From Eledone cirrhosa (Eukaryota): a stretch of DNA of 64,000 nucleotides. Below, piece after piece: positions 1 through 12,029 of this stretch (positions are counted from its first letter, which is position 1; each line of letters begins with the position of its first letter). The notes beneath the pieces are model-generated. The model made no database searches and had not been told where the DNA came from. It was given only the letters and a program-made list of their open reading frames with translations. The stretch is taken from NCBI GenBank assembly GCA_964016885.1, contig OZ024757.1:5890001-5954000 (forward strand), read 5' to 3'. A program made the translations under genes and the position numbers.

Positions 1-9
1 ATATGTATG

Positions 10-40
<31 letters not shown>

Positions 41-65
41 GTATATATATGTATATATATATATG

Positions 66-110
<45 letters not shown>

Positions 111-239
111 GTATATATATATATATGTATATATATATATGTATATATATATATGTATATATATATATGTATATATATATATGTATATATATATATATGT
201 ATATATATATGTATATATATATATATGTATATATATATG

Positions 240-294
<55 letters not shown>

Positions 295-739
295 ATGTAT
301 ATATATGTATATATATGTATGTATATATATATATGTATGTATATATATATATATGTATATATATGTATGTATATATATATATGTATGTATATATATATAT
401 ATGTATATATGTATATATATATATGTATATATATATATGTATATATATATACGTATATATATATATGTATATATATATGTATATATATATGTATATATAT
501 ATGTATATATATATGTATATATATATATGTATATATATATGTATATATATATATGTATATATATATATGTATATATATATATGTATATATATATGTATAT
601 ATATATATGTATATATATATATGTATATATATATATGTGTATATATATATGTATATATATATATGTATATATATATGTATATATATGTATATATATATAT
701 GTATATATATATATGTATATATATGTATATATATATATG

Positions 740-784
<45 letters not shown>

Positions 785-815
785 GTATATATATATGTAT
801 ATATATATGTATATA

Positions 816-875
<60 letters not shown>

Positions 876-894
876 TATGTATATATATATATGT

Positions 895-935
<41 letters not shown>

Positions 936-971
936 TATGTATATATATATATGTATATATATATATGTATG

Positions 972-1004
<33 letters not shown>

Positions 1005-1499
1005 ATATATATATATGTATATGTATGTATATATATATATATGTATATATATGTATGTATATATATATATATGTATATGTATGTATATATATATATATGT
1101 ATATATATGTATGTATATATATATATGTATGTATATATGTATATATATATATGTATGTATATATGTATATATATATATGTATGTATATATATATATATGT
1201 ATATATATGTATGTATATATGTATATATATATATGTATGTATATATATATGTATGTATATATATATATGTATGTATATATGTATATATATATATGTATGT
1301 ATATATATATGTATGTATATATATATGTATGTATATATATATATGTATGTATATATGTATATATATATATGTATGTATATATATATATATGTATATATAT
1401 GTATGTATATATATATATGTATGTATATATGTATATATATATATGTATGTATATATATATATATGTATATATATGTATGTATATATATATATATGTATG

Positions 1500-1532
<33 letters not shown>

Positions 1533-2356
1533 GTATGTATATGTGTATGTATATGTATATTTGTGTATATTTCTATATATATATATTTTTATATATATAT
1601 GTATGTATCTGTATGTATGTATGTATGTATGTATGTATGTGTATGTATATGTGTATGTATATGTATATTTGTGTATATTTCTATATATATATATTTTTAT
1701 ATATATATGTATGTATCTGTATGTATGTGTGTATGTATGTATATGTATGTGTATATTTATATGTATGTATGTGTATATTTATATGTATGTATGTGTATAT
1801 TTATATGTATATATATATATATATATGTGTGTATATATATATATTTATGTGTATGTGTATATATATGTGTGTTTGTGTATATATATATATTATACTCTAT
1901 ATATATATATATAATATACTCCATATAATATACTCCAGTCCTACAAACTGCAGAGTGCTTCTTATCCGATATCTGCATTGCTTTATTGTACTACAATAAA
2001 ACTCACCTCCTACATATATATATATATATAGATGTGTGTACGTATATGTGTGTGGGTGGGTGTGTGTGTGTGTGTATGTATGTATATATATATATATATA
2101 TATGTGTATGTATGTATATATGTATATATATATATATATATATATGTGTGTATGTGTATATGTATGTATGTATGTATGTATTTATGTGTGTGTGTGTATA
2201 TATATGTGTGTGTATATATATATATATATGTATATATATGTATGTGTGTATATGTGTATGTATATATGTGTGTGTGTGTATGTATATGTTTATATATATA
2301 TGTGTATATGTATATATTTATATATGTATATGTATATATATATATATAAGTATGTA

Positions 2357-2387
<31 letters not shown>

Positions 2388-2458
2388 ATATACGTATATG
2401 AATATATGTATGAATGGTGTATCTCTATATATATATAAATATATGTATGTATGGTGTA

Positions 2459-2502
<44 letters not shown>

Positions 2503-2625
2503 CTGTTTTGTTCCCGTTCAATTTTTTCCTTATATATGTGTATATGGGTGTGTGTGTGTGTGTATGTATATATATATATATATATATGTATGTGTATTTT
2601 TTTATATATATATATATATGTATAC

Positions 2626-2661
<36 letters not shown>

Positions 2662-2830
2662 ATATATATATATGTATATATATGTATATATATATACACA
2701 TGTATATATGTGTGTGTGTGTGTATTTGTGTGTGTGTGTATGTATATATAAATATATATAAATATATTTAAGTGTGTGTGTTTTTTTATGTGTGTGTCTG
2801 TGTATGTGTGTTTATGGTTGTGTATTTTGT
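1..2830. repeat. Large compound microsatellite (TA)n/(TATG)n/(TG)n
   Basis: Nearly continuous atatatgt/gtat/gtgt units with only short unique islands (~1915-2010, ~2500-2530). Source of the spurious YIYI ORFs. Confidence 0.97.
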
Positions 2831-3416
2831 GAATGTGTCTGTTTATTGTTGGCATATAGTTGATCAGTTTAAGAGAAATTTGAAGATAATTGTAAGATAT
2901 GCACTCAGTATTTTGAATCTGTCTACAGAATTCTCTAAACCTTTGTCACTTAGTAGAACCTTAATGAATTTAGCTCTTAAAGAATCTCCCTTTCCTTTAA
3001 ATCTATCTACCATGACTGACCCCCCACTGATCTTATAGACACCTGTTAGCTTAAGAGAAACTTAATAACAAGGAATGGCATGCCATCCTGAACCCATTTA
3101 TAGAATTCTGTCTGCCTTTGTTACTCTAAAAACAAAAATAAATAAAAATAAACTATATCTTTGTAGAATTAGCTTTTAATGAATTCCCTTTTCTATCAAC
3201 CAATGACCTACACCAATCCCACTCCCCACCCTCTCCTACCACTTGTAGAGACCTATAAATACCATATTTATTTTTTGATACCCTGATTCCTGATGATTTC
3301 TAAAGAATGAAACAGTTCTAGTCCTGTAGAATCTCATCTATATTAAAACTTTTATACTCTGCAATGTATTGAATACCTTACTTACTGTGGTTACCTCCGA
3401 TTCAACCCGGAATAAC

Positions 3417-3477
<61 letters not shown>

Positions 3478-3480
<3 letters not shown>

Positions 3481-3677
3481 AAGGCCAATGCTCTACCATA
3501 TATATATATATATTTCAAGGCCAATGCCACCATATATATATATATATATATATCTCAAGGCCAATGCTCTACCATATATATATATCTCAAGGCCAATGCC
3601 ACCATATATATATATATATATATATATCTCAAGGCCAATGCTCTACCATATATATATATATCTCAAGGCCAATGCCA

Positions 3678-3718
<41 letters not shown>

Positions 3719-3800
3719 AAGGCCAATGCTCTACCATATATATATATATCTTTCAAGGCCAATGCCACCATATATATATATATATCTCAAGGAAACAAAA
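3478..3800. repeat. Minisatellite: CAAGGCCAATGC(TCT/C)ACCAT units separated by variable (AT)n
   Basis: About 8 copies, alternating ..gctctaccat and ..gccaccat variants. Confidence 0.9.
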
Positions 3801-3886
3801 CCTGAGTAAAAAAGAGGATGCAATTTCATGAAGTATTAGTTTCATCAAATGGAATAAGATGTAAATATCAATAAGTAAACACTGAC

Positions 3887-3998
3887 CTTCGAGATGAATT
3901 ATGGTTGAGTTTTGTCGCTGCTTTGTGGAGGTTTTTCTGGCCCAAAAGCAGAAATTTCTGGGCTTCTTCAATGGTGGTGACATTCACTTCTGTCAAAC
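3887..3998 (-). CDS. KIF20A: Kinesin-6 (KIF20A/B-like) coding exon 6: GLTEVNVTTIEEAQKFLLLGQKNLHKAATKLNHNSSR (switch I)
   Basis: Kinesin NxxSSR motif; ttctag acceptor and gtcagt donor; phase-compatible with the upstream exon. Confidence 0.9.
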
Positions 3999-4064
3999 CT
4001 AGAACACAAACACACACACACAAAGAAATCAAGACAATGGTCAAAAACAATCACCACAACCACC

Positions 4065-4885
4065 ATCAACATTTGTTTCCCATGCTTAGTATGGATTGGA
4101 TGACACCAGCACTACAACTTTACAGAGAGTACTGAGTGTATTTTGTGGCACCATCACTATCACTTTACAGAGTGTACTGGTGTGTGTTTTTTCGTAGAAC
4201 TAGCACTATCACTTTACAGAGTGTACTGGGTGTGTTTTTTTGAAGCACCAGCACTTACTATTTTACAGCATCAGCTAGGTGCATTTTATCATGGTACCTC
4301 CACTACGACTTTTCAGAATGTACTGGGTCATCACCACCATCATCACCACCACCTCCATCACCACCACCTCCATCACAACCACCACCACCATCACCTCCAT
4401 CACCACCATCATCACCACCACCACCTCCATCACCACCACCACCTCCATCACCACCGTCACCACCATCACCAGCACCACCACCACCTCCATCACCACCACC
4501 ACCACCATCACCTCCACCACCAGCATCACCACCAACACTATCACCACCATTTTATCACTTTACAGAGTGTACAGGGTGTGTTTTTTTGAAGCACCAGCAC
4601 TTACTATTTTACAGCATCAGCTAGGTGCATTTTATCATGGTACCTCCACTACGACTTTTCAGAATGTACTGGCTACATTTCTATGACACCTGCACTACCA
4701 AATTACTGTACTGGGTGTGTTTTTTCGCAGCACCAGCATTATCACTTTACAGGGTGGGCTGAATAAATTTTATCAAAGCACCAGCTGGGCGCATTTTATC
4801 GTAGTACCTCCACTACCACTTTACAGAGTGGACTGGGTGCATTTTTGAGACACCAATACTACCACTTTACTGTACTAGGTGTGTT
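4065..4885 (-). repeat. Degenerate array of ~45-bp retroelement 3'-UTR units with an internal (CAC/CAT)n microsatellite (4330-4550)
   Basis: Recurrent cactttacagagtgtactgggtg...gcaccagcact units; the block 4210-4330 is duplicated at 4555-4670. Confidence 0.75.
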
Positions 4886-4991
4886 CTGTTTTGTATATTT
4901 TATGGCAACAACCACCCCACCACCATATAAATATTCCCTGCCCACCCCACTATATAAATCTCCATATTAAAAGCAAAGTATTAGTACTCAC

Positions 4992-5195
4992 CTCGAATAT
5001 AATGGTTACCATTCCTGTCCTGGCCCAGCTTCAAGATGTTGCGTCTCTTATGGATCTGAGTGACCAACAGATCAAAAACATGTTCATTGTAGACCTCGGC
5101 AAAACTGATCCACACCGAGTACTTCAATTGGTTGGAAAACATGGAGTCCTCCAGCTGGGTTGAACGGAGCAAGTCTTCCTCATTGATGTCAGAAT
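4992..5195 (-). CDS. KIF20A: KIF20-like coding exon 5: SDINEEDLL...YSVWISFAEVYNEHVFDLL...GQDRNGNHYIR
   Basis: VWISFAEVYNE..FDLL is typical of kinesin-6/KIF20; tgcag acceptor, gtgagt donor; 204 nt, phase 1/1. Confidence 0.92.
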
Positions 5196-5359
5196 CTGCA
5201 GAAAATCAAACAATTTAAATAAAATGGTTTAGTTGGCCTCCTACATGCTTGCATCTCGGAGGTTTCTTGGAGGCTTTAATGATAGCAGCCCTGAGTCCTC
5301 TCACACACACACACACAAATATATATATATATACACATATATATCATTTCATTTCATTT

Positions 5360-5692
5360 ATCATTTCATTTTACGTTCGCTTTTTCCCTGCTTGCAAGGG
5401 TGGGACAGGAACTGATTCTGGCTTGATTTCTACAGCTGGATGCCCTTCCTAACACCAACCTCATTTACAGTGAGTGCTGGGTCCTTTTTTTTGCCGTGGC
5501 ACCTCCACGACCACTTTGCAGTGAAATGATAGGTATCCCAGTCCCTATCATCTCATTTCTACAGCTGAGTAAACTGGAGCATGTGAAATAAAGTGTCTTG
5601 CTCAAGGAAACAACACATCACCCAGTCTGAGAATTGAACTCACAACCTTTCGATTGCAAGACCAATGCTCTAACCACTAAGCCATGTGCCTC
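5360..5692 (-). mobile_element. tRNA-headed SINE with CORE-like centre and RTE-type 3' tail
   Basis: Reverse complement of the ~340-bp SINE at 50551-50896. Confidence 0.9.
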
Positions 5693-6499
5693 TATTATAT
5701 ATATATGAATTATTGACTTGATTTTCTCATTTTTTCCTCTCTTTACGTTGCCTCACCATTCGTGTTTGTTTACCTGTCTCTCTTTCTCCACCCAACTCTT
5801 TTTATCCCAATAACTTATTTTAGTTATTGCATCACCCTAGCCTGAGGTATAGGGTCTGTAATGCGAAGAAATACCTATGATGGCTAGTAGACCACTGATG
5901 ACGGATAGTCCTGGCTTCTATTTCTAATTCTTCATTTTTATATATATATACATATAGCACTATGTTTTAAATTGCCTTGTCTGACGAAACGAATGCGGAC
6001 GTTTCTTGTATTCGTCTTATTCTGGAAATCTTTGGTAATGAGGTAATTATATATATACCATAAAATACCATAAAATAAGAGTGGCTGGTTACAATCAGTT
6101 TGAACAGAAAGTGGTCAGAACTCTGGCCAAATAAGGCCAGTTTAAATGCTTAAGGGTTAATGATAGCAGCCCATAGTCCTATCACACACACGTACGCATT
6201 TATAGGTTTAGCTGGCCTCCCAAACAGTTGCATCTTGAGTTTTTTTCATAACAGCCCTCAGTCCTATCACACACTAACACATGTCTGTCCTAAAGTCTGT
6301 CCCGAGAGGTTTGTAGCCCATACGAGGTTTCAGGAGTTTTTTAATGATAGAACCCCCCCCCCCCCAAATTCTATCATCAAAGTAATATAAAAAGAAATGT
6401 CTTGCTCAAAAAACAACAAAGCCACCTAGTCCAGGAATTGAACCCATGACTTTATGGTCATTAGTCCAACACCCTAACCACTAGGTCACCATTCCTCAC

Positions 6500-6575
6500 C
6501 TTGGCCAGTTTCATGTGCATCCAAAGTGCATGACTCACAGTCACTGTCTGCAGAAGTTCTCTGGTTATCAAATTC
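6500..6575 (-). CDS. KIF20A: KIF20-like coding exon 4: EFDNQRTSADSDCESCTLDAHETGQ (loop-6 insert)
   Basis: tgcag acceptor, gtgagg donor; 76 nt bridges phase 0 to phase 1, as required between the flanking exons. Confidence 0.78.
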
Positions 6576-7068
6576 CTGCAATATATAGACATACACAGAT
6601 ATATATATATAGACACGCACAAATATATATATATATATAGACACGCACAAATATATATATATATATATAGACACACATGCACAGATATATATATATATAA
6701 ACATGCACAGATATATATATATATAGACATGCACAAATATATATATATATATAGACACACACATCTATATATAGAGAGGGGAGAGCGCCAAGAGATATAC
6801 ATAGATGGAGAGAGTGAGAATGTTTGTGTGTGAGTGGCACTCAAATGTAAGTCGTGCTTGGATTTTGTTGAGGGCCACGGTTGATGGAATTCCACTGAAA
6901 AAAAAAAAGACATTAACATTCTTTCTACACAGTATTCGCTCTAATTACTGGAATTACTAAAGGTCATCTGGTTGGCCATCTTACTAAATGTTGTAGAATA
7001 GACAGAAAGAGGAAGATGCTGTCGCCTTCATCTAGTAATAAATAATTATAATTCAGAAAAGAACTGAC

Positions 7069-7256
7069 CTCAAAGGAAGCTAGTCGTAATAGTTCCTCTT
7101 TCTTCTGTTTCTCTTCAGATTCAATCTTCGGAGATAATTTTATCGCATCGAGGTACATCTTGGGTTTAAGGTCGAGCCCGTGCCATAATCTGCCTGAGAC
7201 ATGATTGAAGATGGTCTCCAGGGTACGGGGTAATATACCTGGTTCCTTCGGAGTTC
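7069..7256 (-). CDS. KIF20A: KIF20-like coding exon 3: TPKEPGILPRTLETIFNHV...LKPKMYLDAIKLSP...LLRLASFE
   Basis: GILPR.L..IF kinesin motif; gtag acceptor, gtcagt donor; 188 nt. Confidence 0.92.
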
Positions 7257-7356
7257 CTACAATAATAATTACACAATGGCAGTAGTTTTCAAAACAATGA
7301 ATTATAGAAACTTTGGCATTTAGTCAGACATTTAATTATCATTACACAAACACACA

Positions 7357-7700
7357 TCATTATCATCATCATCATTTTACGTCCGCTTTTCCCTGCTTGC
7401 AAGGGTGGGATGGGAACTGATTCTGGCTTGATTTCTACAGCTGGATGCCCTTCCTAACACCAACCTCATTCACAATGAGTGCTGGGTGCTTTTTTTGCCG
7501 TGGCAACCTCCTCGACCACTTTGCAGTGGAATGATAGGGACCCCAATCCCTATCATCTCATTTCTACAGCTGAGTAAACTGGAGCAATGTGAAATAAAGT
7601 GTCTTGCTCAAGGAAACAACACATCACCCGGTCTGAGAATTGAACTGACAACCTTTCGATTGCAAGGCCAATGCTCTAACCACTAAGCCATGTGCCTCCA
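7357..7700 (-). mobile_element. tRNA-headed SINE (full length)
   Basis: Same family as 50551-50896; (cat)n tail at the left end. Confidence 0.92.
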
Positions 7701-7989
7701 CAAACACACACACAAATACACCAACACTCATACAATAAAATTCTATTATATCAAAATTTACGGGGTATAAAAAAAATATTATTGTAATGAAAAATTCTTT
7801 ACGAGATCAACCAAAAGAAATCGAGCGATTGTTTGTTTATTACCTCAGGAATTGAAAAAAAAATTTTGTTATACTGAAAAATTCTTTATAACGGAATTTT
7901 ACCTGTATATATATAACCCAATATACACCCCACACCCCTACTCTATCCTCTAACTGTAAAGTGGTTGTGTACGAGATGCGGTAAAAAGG

Positions 7990-8142
7990 CACTGTAAATG
8001 TGGTTAAGAAGGGCATCCAGCCGTAAAAAATCCGCCAGAACGAGCGAGAAATGGTCACCCGACCAATCTTTTCTCAAGTGCGTCAAAGCCGTCCAACCCA
8101 TGCTAGCATGGAAGATGGACGTTAAATGATGATGACGATGAT
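7990..8142 (+). mobile_element. Isolated RTE/SINE-type 3' tail fragment
   Basis: aagggcatccagccgtaaaa...aacccatgctagcatggaagatggacgttaaat(gat)n. Confidence 0.8.
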
Positions 8143-8174
8143 AATATATAATAATATAGAAAAAGAATGTATAC

Positions 8175-8430
8175 CTTGTACTGTATAAGTCTTGCCAGAG
8201 TTGGTTACTCCGTAGGCAAATACGAGGCAGTTCTGTCCGCCGAGGAAGTTTTTCACAAGGCCCTCACATGTTTCACTGTAAAATTCACTCTGTTGGGTCT
8301 GCTCCTCAAATATCCTGGGGAACTTGAACGACTGGATGTTCTTGTTGGCTGTGTAGGTGCTGCTTTTAAAGGTGTTGGAGTCTTTCGGGGCATACGCAGT
8401 GATCAGTTGGCCGTCAATTAACAAACAGCT
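8175..8430 (-). CDS. KIF20A: KIF20-like coding exon 2 with P-loop: ...FLGGQNCLVFAYGVTNSGKTYTVQG
   Basis: YGVTNSGKT P-loop typical of KIF20; ccag acceptor, gtat donor; 256 nt. Confidence 0.95.
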
Positions 8431-8690
8431 CTGGTGGAGAGACACAAGAGAAGGTCAGTTAGGGGAGGGGGTGTATGGAGTGACCAGCAATTAAACAGCT
8501 ATGCTGGACAGACAAAAAATATAAGGTGGAGGACCAATTAATAAACAGCTCTGGTGGAGAGACACAAGAGAAGGTCAGTTAGGGGAGGGGGTGTATGGAG
8601 TGACCAGCAATTAAACAGCTATGTTGGACAGACAAAAAATATAACGTGGAGGACCAATTAATAAACAGCTCTGGTGGATAGACAAGAGAA
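8421..8690. repeat. 120-bp tandem duplication (~2.2 copies) that includes the exon-2 splice acceptor
   Basis: aaacagctctggtgga recurs at ~8423, 8543 and 8663. Confidence 0.9.
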
Positions 8691-8756
8691 GATAAAAGGA
8701 CAGATGACAGTGGACACTAGAAAATATAAGGGTGTGTGCACTGATCATTTAACTAA

Positions 8757-8907
8757 CCCTTTAGCATTTAAACCAGCTCCTCATACTTATGTTAAGTTAT
8801 TGTTCTCAAAATAAACATCAGCATCTCATAGATTCTGTATTAAGTGAGATAAAGTGTTTACTGTGAAAATACAATAGCAAATGTAGAATAATGTAAATGC
8901 TAAAGGG
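8757..8907. mobile_element. piggyBac-type MITE
   Basis: Terminal inverted repeats CCCTTTAGCATTTA / TAAATGCTAAAGGG flanked by CTAA and TTAA; a related terminus lies at ~6128-6160. Confidence 0.7.
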
Positions 8908-9039
8908 TTAAACAACTTTGATAGACAAGCAAATAAAAGTTAGAAGGGTGAGAGGTAACACTGACCCTTTTCATTGTTATTTTTAGTGATTGAAACACTG
9001 GAAATAATGAAAAATTAAATTTACAGTTCACAGCTCTGT

Positions 9040-10070
9040 ACAAATGTACTGGCCTAGTACAAATCTGTATCTCATAGGTTTCCTGTCCTACTGTTACAGC
9101 TCACAACTCTGTAGATTTAGCTGGCCTAGTACAAGGTTGTATCTGATAGGTTTCCTGGGGTTTATAACAAGGGCTCTCCAGTCCAATCCTGTTACAGCTC
9201 TGTAAGTTTAGCTGGCCGAGTACAAGGTTGTATCTGATAGGTTTCCTGGGGTTTATGACAAGGGCTCTCCAGTCCAATCCTGTTACAGCTCTGTAAGTTT
9301 AGCTGGCCGAGTACAAGGTTGTATCTGATAGGTTTCCTGGGGTTTATAACAAGGGCTCCAGTCCTGTTACAGCTCTGTAGATTTAGCTGGCCTAGTACAA
9401 GGTTGTATCTGATAGGTTTACTGGGGTTTATGACAAGGGCTCCAGTCCAGTCCTGTTACAGCTCTGTAAGTTTAGCTGGTCTAGTACAAGGTTGTATCTG
9501 ATAGGTTTCCTGGGGTTTATAACAAGGGCTCCAGTCCTGTTTCAGCTCTGTAGATTTAGCTGGCCTAGTACAAGGTTGTATCTGATAGGTTTACTGGGGT
9601 TTATGACAAGGGCTCCAGTCCAGTCCTGTTACAGCTCTGTGAGTTTAGCTGGTCTAGTACAAGGTTGTATCTGATAGGAGGTTTCTTGGGTATTTTAATG
9701 ATAGTCTCCAATCCTGTTGTTGTTACAGCTAACATCTATGTAGGTTTAGTTGACCTATAATGTTGTATCTCACAGGTTTCCTGGGGCTTTAATGATAGGG
9801 ACCCCCAGTCTTGTCATGTTACAGCTAACATCTATGTAGGTTTAGTTGACCTATAATGTTGTATCTCACAGGTTTCCTGGGGCTTTAATGATAGGGACCC
9901 CCAGTCTTGTCATGTTACAGCTAACATCTATGTAGGTTTAGTTGACCTATAATGTTGTATCTCACAGGTTTCCTGGGGCTTTAATGATAGGGACCCCCAG
10001 TCTTGTCATGTTACAGCTAACATCTATGTAGGTTTAGCTGGCCTCCAATGCGGTTATATCTCGTAGGGGG
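9040..10070. repeat. Intronic minisatellite of ~84-97-bp units
   Basis: Repeated tgttacagct...gtttagctggcc..gttgtatct..aggtttcctgggg..; two homogenised sub-arrays (9110-9680 and 9720-10040). Confidence 0.92.
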
Positions 10071-10257
10071 TTTATTTGGGTGTATTAATGACAAACCCAC
10101 TTTTACATATTCTGTGTATAGTCAGGACTTTCAAACAAATATAAAAACCTTAAAACAAACAGCTTTCTATCATAGAACTGGTGGTGGTTTCAAGCAGTTT
10201 GGGTGGTTTCAAGCAGTTTGGTATCACAAGAGGTTAATCAAGAAAGATAAACTCTAC

Positions 10258-10410
10258 CTGATGTTTATTCTGCTTCTCTTCAGCAGTGAATGGTCGAACC
10301 CTCAGGTAAACCTTTAACTTCTCAAAGTTCTCTGTTGATTCCGAATAGAAGTCATCCAGCAAGCCATCTGCAATTTTCTCTTCTGCCGGAATGGTTTCAC
10401 CACTTGACAT
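10258..10410 (-). CDS. KIF20A: KIF20-like first coding exon: MSSGETIPAEEKIADGLLDDFYSESTENFEKLKVYLRVRPFTAEEKQNKHQ
   Basis: KVYLRVRP kinesin beta-1 motif; ATG at 10410, acceptor just upstream (exon from 10420), gtagag donor; 153 nt, phase 0. Confidence 0.9.
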
Positions 10411-10467
10411 ATTGTAGTTTCTGTTAATATATGCAGGAGATACAGATTATGTATCAAATATGTTACA

Positions 10468-10767
10468 TAGCCGGTAAACCCTAAAGGGACGCGATACACA
10501 CATCGCTATAGTGTTTCACCAGCCCCGTCCTTCTCCAATCATTACATAGATGTGTGTATATGAATGTTTCAGTAGATGTATGTGTGTATGTACGTTTGTA
10601 GTTCTGTTGTCTGTATCTGTTTGTGTATTTACATGTAGATGTGTGTGTATGTAACTAAAGTATAACACACAAATGGATGACTAAATGATTTTAACTTGTT
10701 TTTTTAACAATTGATGGTGGAAAACATTTCAAATTGTCTTAACTCAAGCTGACACTCTTACCGGCTA
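10468..10767. mobile_element. MITE-like element with TIR TAGCCGGTAA, copy 1
   Basis: tagccggtaa...ttaccggcta; internal sequence shared with 22407-23085. Confidence 0.7.
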
Positions 10768-10929
10768 CATGGCCTCTTCCATTATATATATATATAAACA
10801 CACATATATATATATACCATATTTGATAACTTATAAGACACACTACAATTTGCAGTTTAATTTAAGGGCCACTGCAGCACTAGAATTCCACTAGCCAACA
10901 AGATCCCAGACCCCATTCGCTTAACAAGT

Positions 10930-11293
10930 GGAGTGGAGTTCTTTCCAATTGTTAACACTATCCAGGAAGGAGGAGCAATGTAAAATAAAGTGTCTTGCTC
11001 AAGGAAACAATACAGAGCGGGTGATGTGTTGTTTCCTTGAGCAAGCAAGACACTTTATTTCACATTGCTCCAGTTTACTCAGCTGTAGAAATGAGATGAT
11101 AGAGACTGGGGTCCCTATCATTCCACTGCAAAGTGGTCGTGGAGGTTGCCACGGCAAAAAAAAGCACCCAGCACTCACTATAGATGAGGTTGGTGTTAGG
11201 AAGGGCATCCAGCTGTAGAAATGAAGCCAGAAACAGTTCCCGTCCCACCCTTGCAAGCAGGGAAAAGCGGATGTAAAATGATGATGATGATGA
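10930..11293. mobile_element. Two truncated SINEs head-to-head (minus 10930-11010, plus 11015-11293)
   Basis: aaagtgtcttgctcaaggaaacaa followed by its reverse complement, then the standard SINE body and (gat)n tail. Confidence 0.82.
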
Positions 11294-12029
11294 TACTAAC
11301 ATAGTATCTGTCAAAAATGATAGGCTTCATAGTAAAAATATAATTCTTGATTACACATATTTTATTTAAACATACTTCAATCCTTGATTTTCCTCAACGT
11401 TCTCCCTCTTGTTACTCTGACAATCATCTGAATTGATTGTATATTCACTTAAATCAATTACAATAATTTACTTCCATTTTTTTTTTTATCGCTATCAAAT
11501 ATATATCACTAAATTATGATGACTTCCTATCTATCTATTCAGTTTTTATTGTATGTAAACTTCCCCCTTTGTATTTGTCCCCTTCTTTTGTTCCCCTGTG
11601 GCTAATAAAGAAACACATCTTTAGATTGCTATTGGGATTTGTGCTGTCCAAAGATGGTTACATTGGTAAATATAGATTGTCAGTCAAGTAGACAGACAGT
11701 AATATATAAATAGGTAGGTATATAGGTAGGTAGATAGAAAGGTATATAGATAGGTGGGTAAATGGATAGCAAATTGGTTTTGTTGTTTTAAGATAGATAC
11801 ATAGGTATATAGTCGCTGCTTGACCACTGAACATCTTGGCGACACCTTAAAAAAGAGAGAGGTAGGGAGGAAGATATCAAATTACCATTTCCAAAACAAA
11901 TCTAACCCAGTCCACCCTACAAGGTGGTTATATTAGTGACACAACAAAATGTACCCAGTCTACCCTATAAGGTATTGGTGACAACGGAAAGTACCCAGTC
12001 TAGACTATAAAGTGGTCATATTAGTAACA

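Noticed and set aside
3-2855. Multiple 100-660 aa Y/I/M/C/V-rich ORFs
   Set aside because: Translations of (TA)n/(TG)n microsatellites, which lack stop codons in all frames.
3376-3419. Possible next kinesin exon ([15 protein letters not shown], minus strand)
   Set aside because: The acceptor would be a bare (TA)nG, and the conserved SHxIF motif is missing.
3478-3800. CRISPR-like repeat/spacer pattern
   Set aside because: Spacers are only (AT)n, the context is eukaryotic and there are no cas genes.
4143-4686. His-rich and Thr-rich ORFs
   Set aside because: (CAC/CAT)n microsatellite within a repeat array, antisense in a kinesin intron.
5885-6040. Possible hammerheads (CTGATGAcggatagtcc; CTGACGA..stem..GGAAA)
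   Set aside because: The first lacks GAAA after stem II; the second has misplaced spacing and no stem I. At most decayed pLTR debris.
7486-7686. Recurrent small ORF ..ISFLQLSKLEQCEIKCLAQGNNTSPGLRIELTTFRLQGQCSNH
   Set aside because: Antisense translation of the SINE; recurrence reflects repeat copies.
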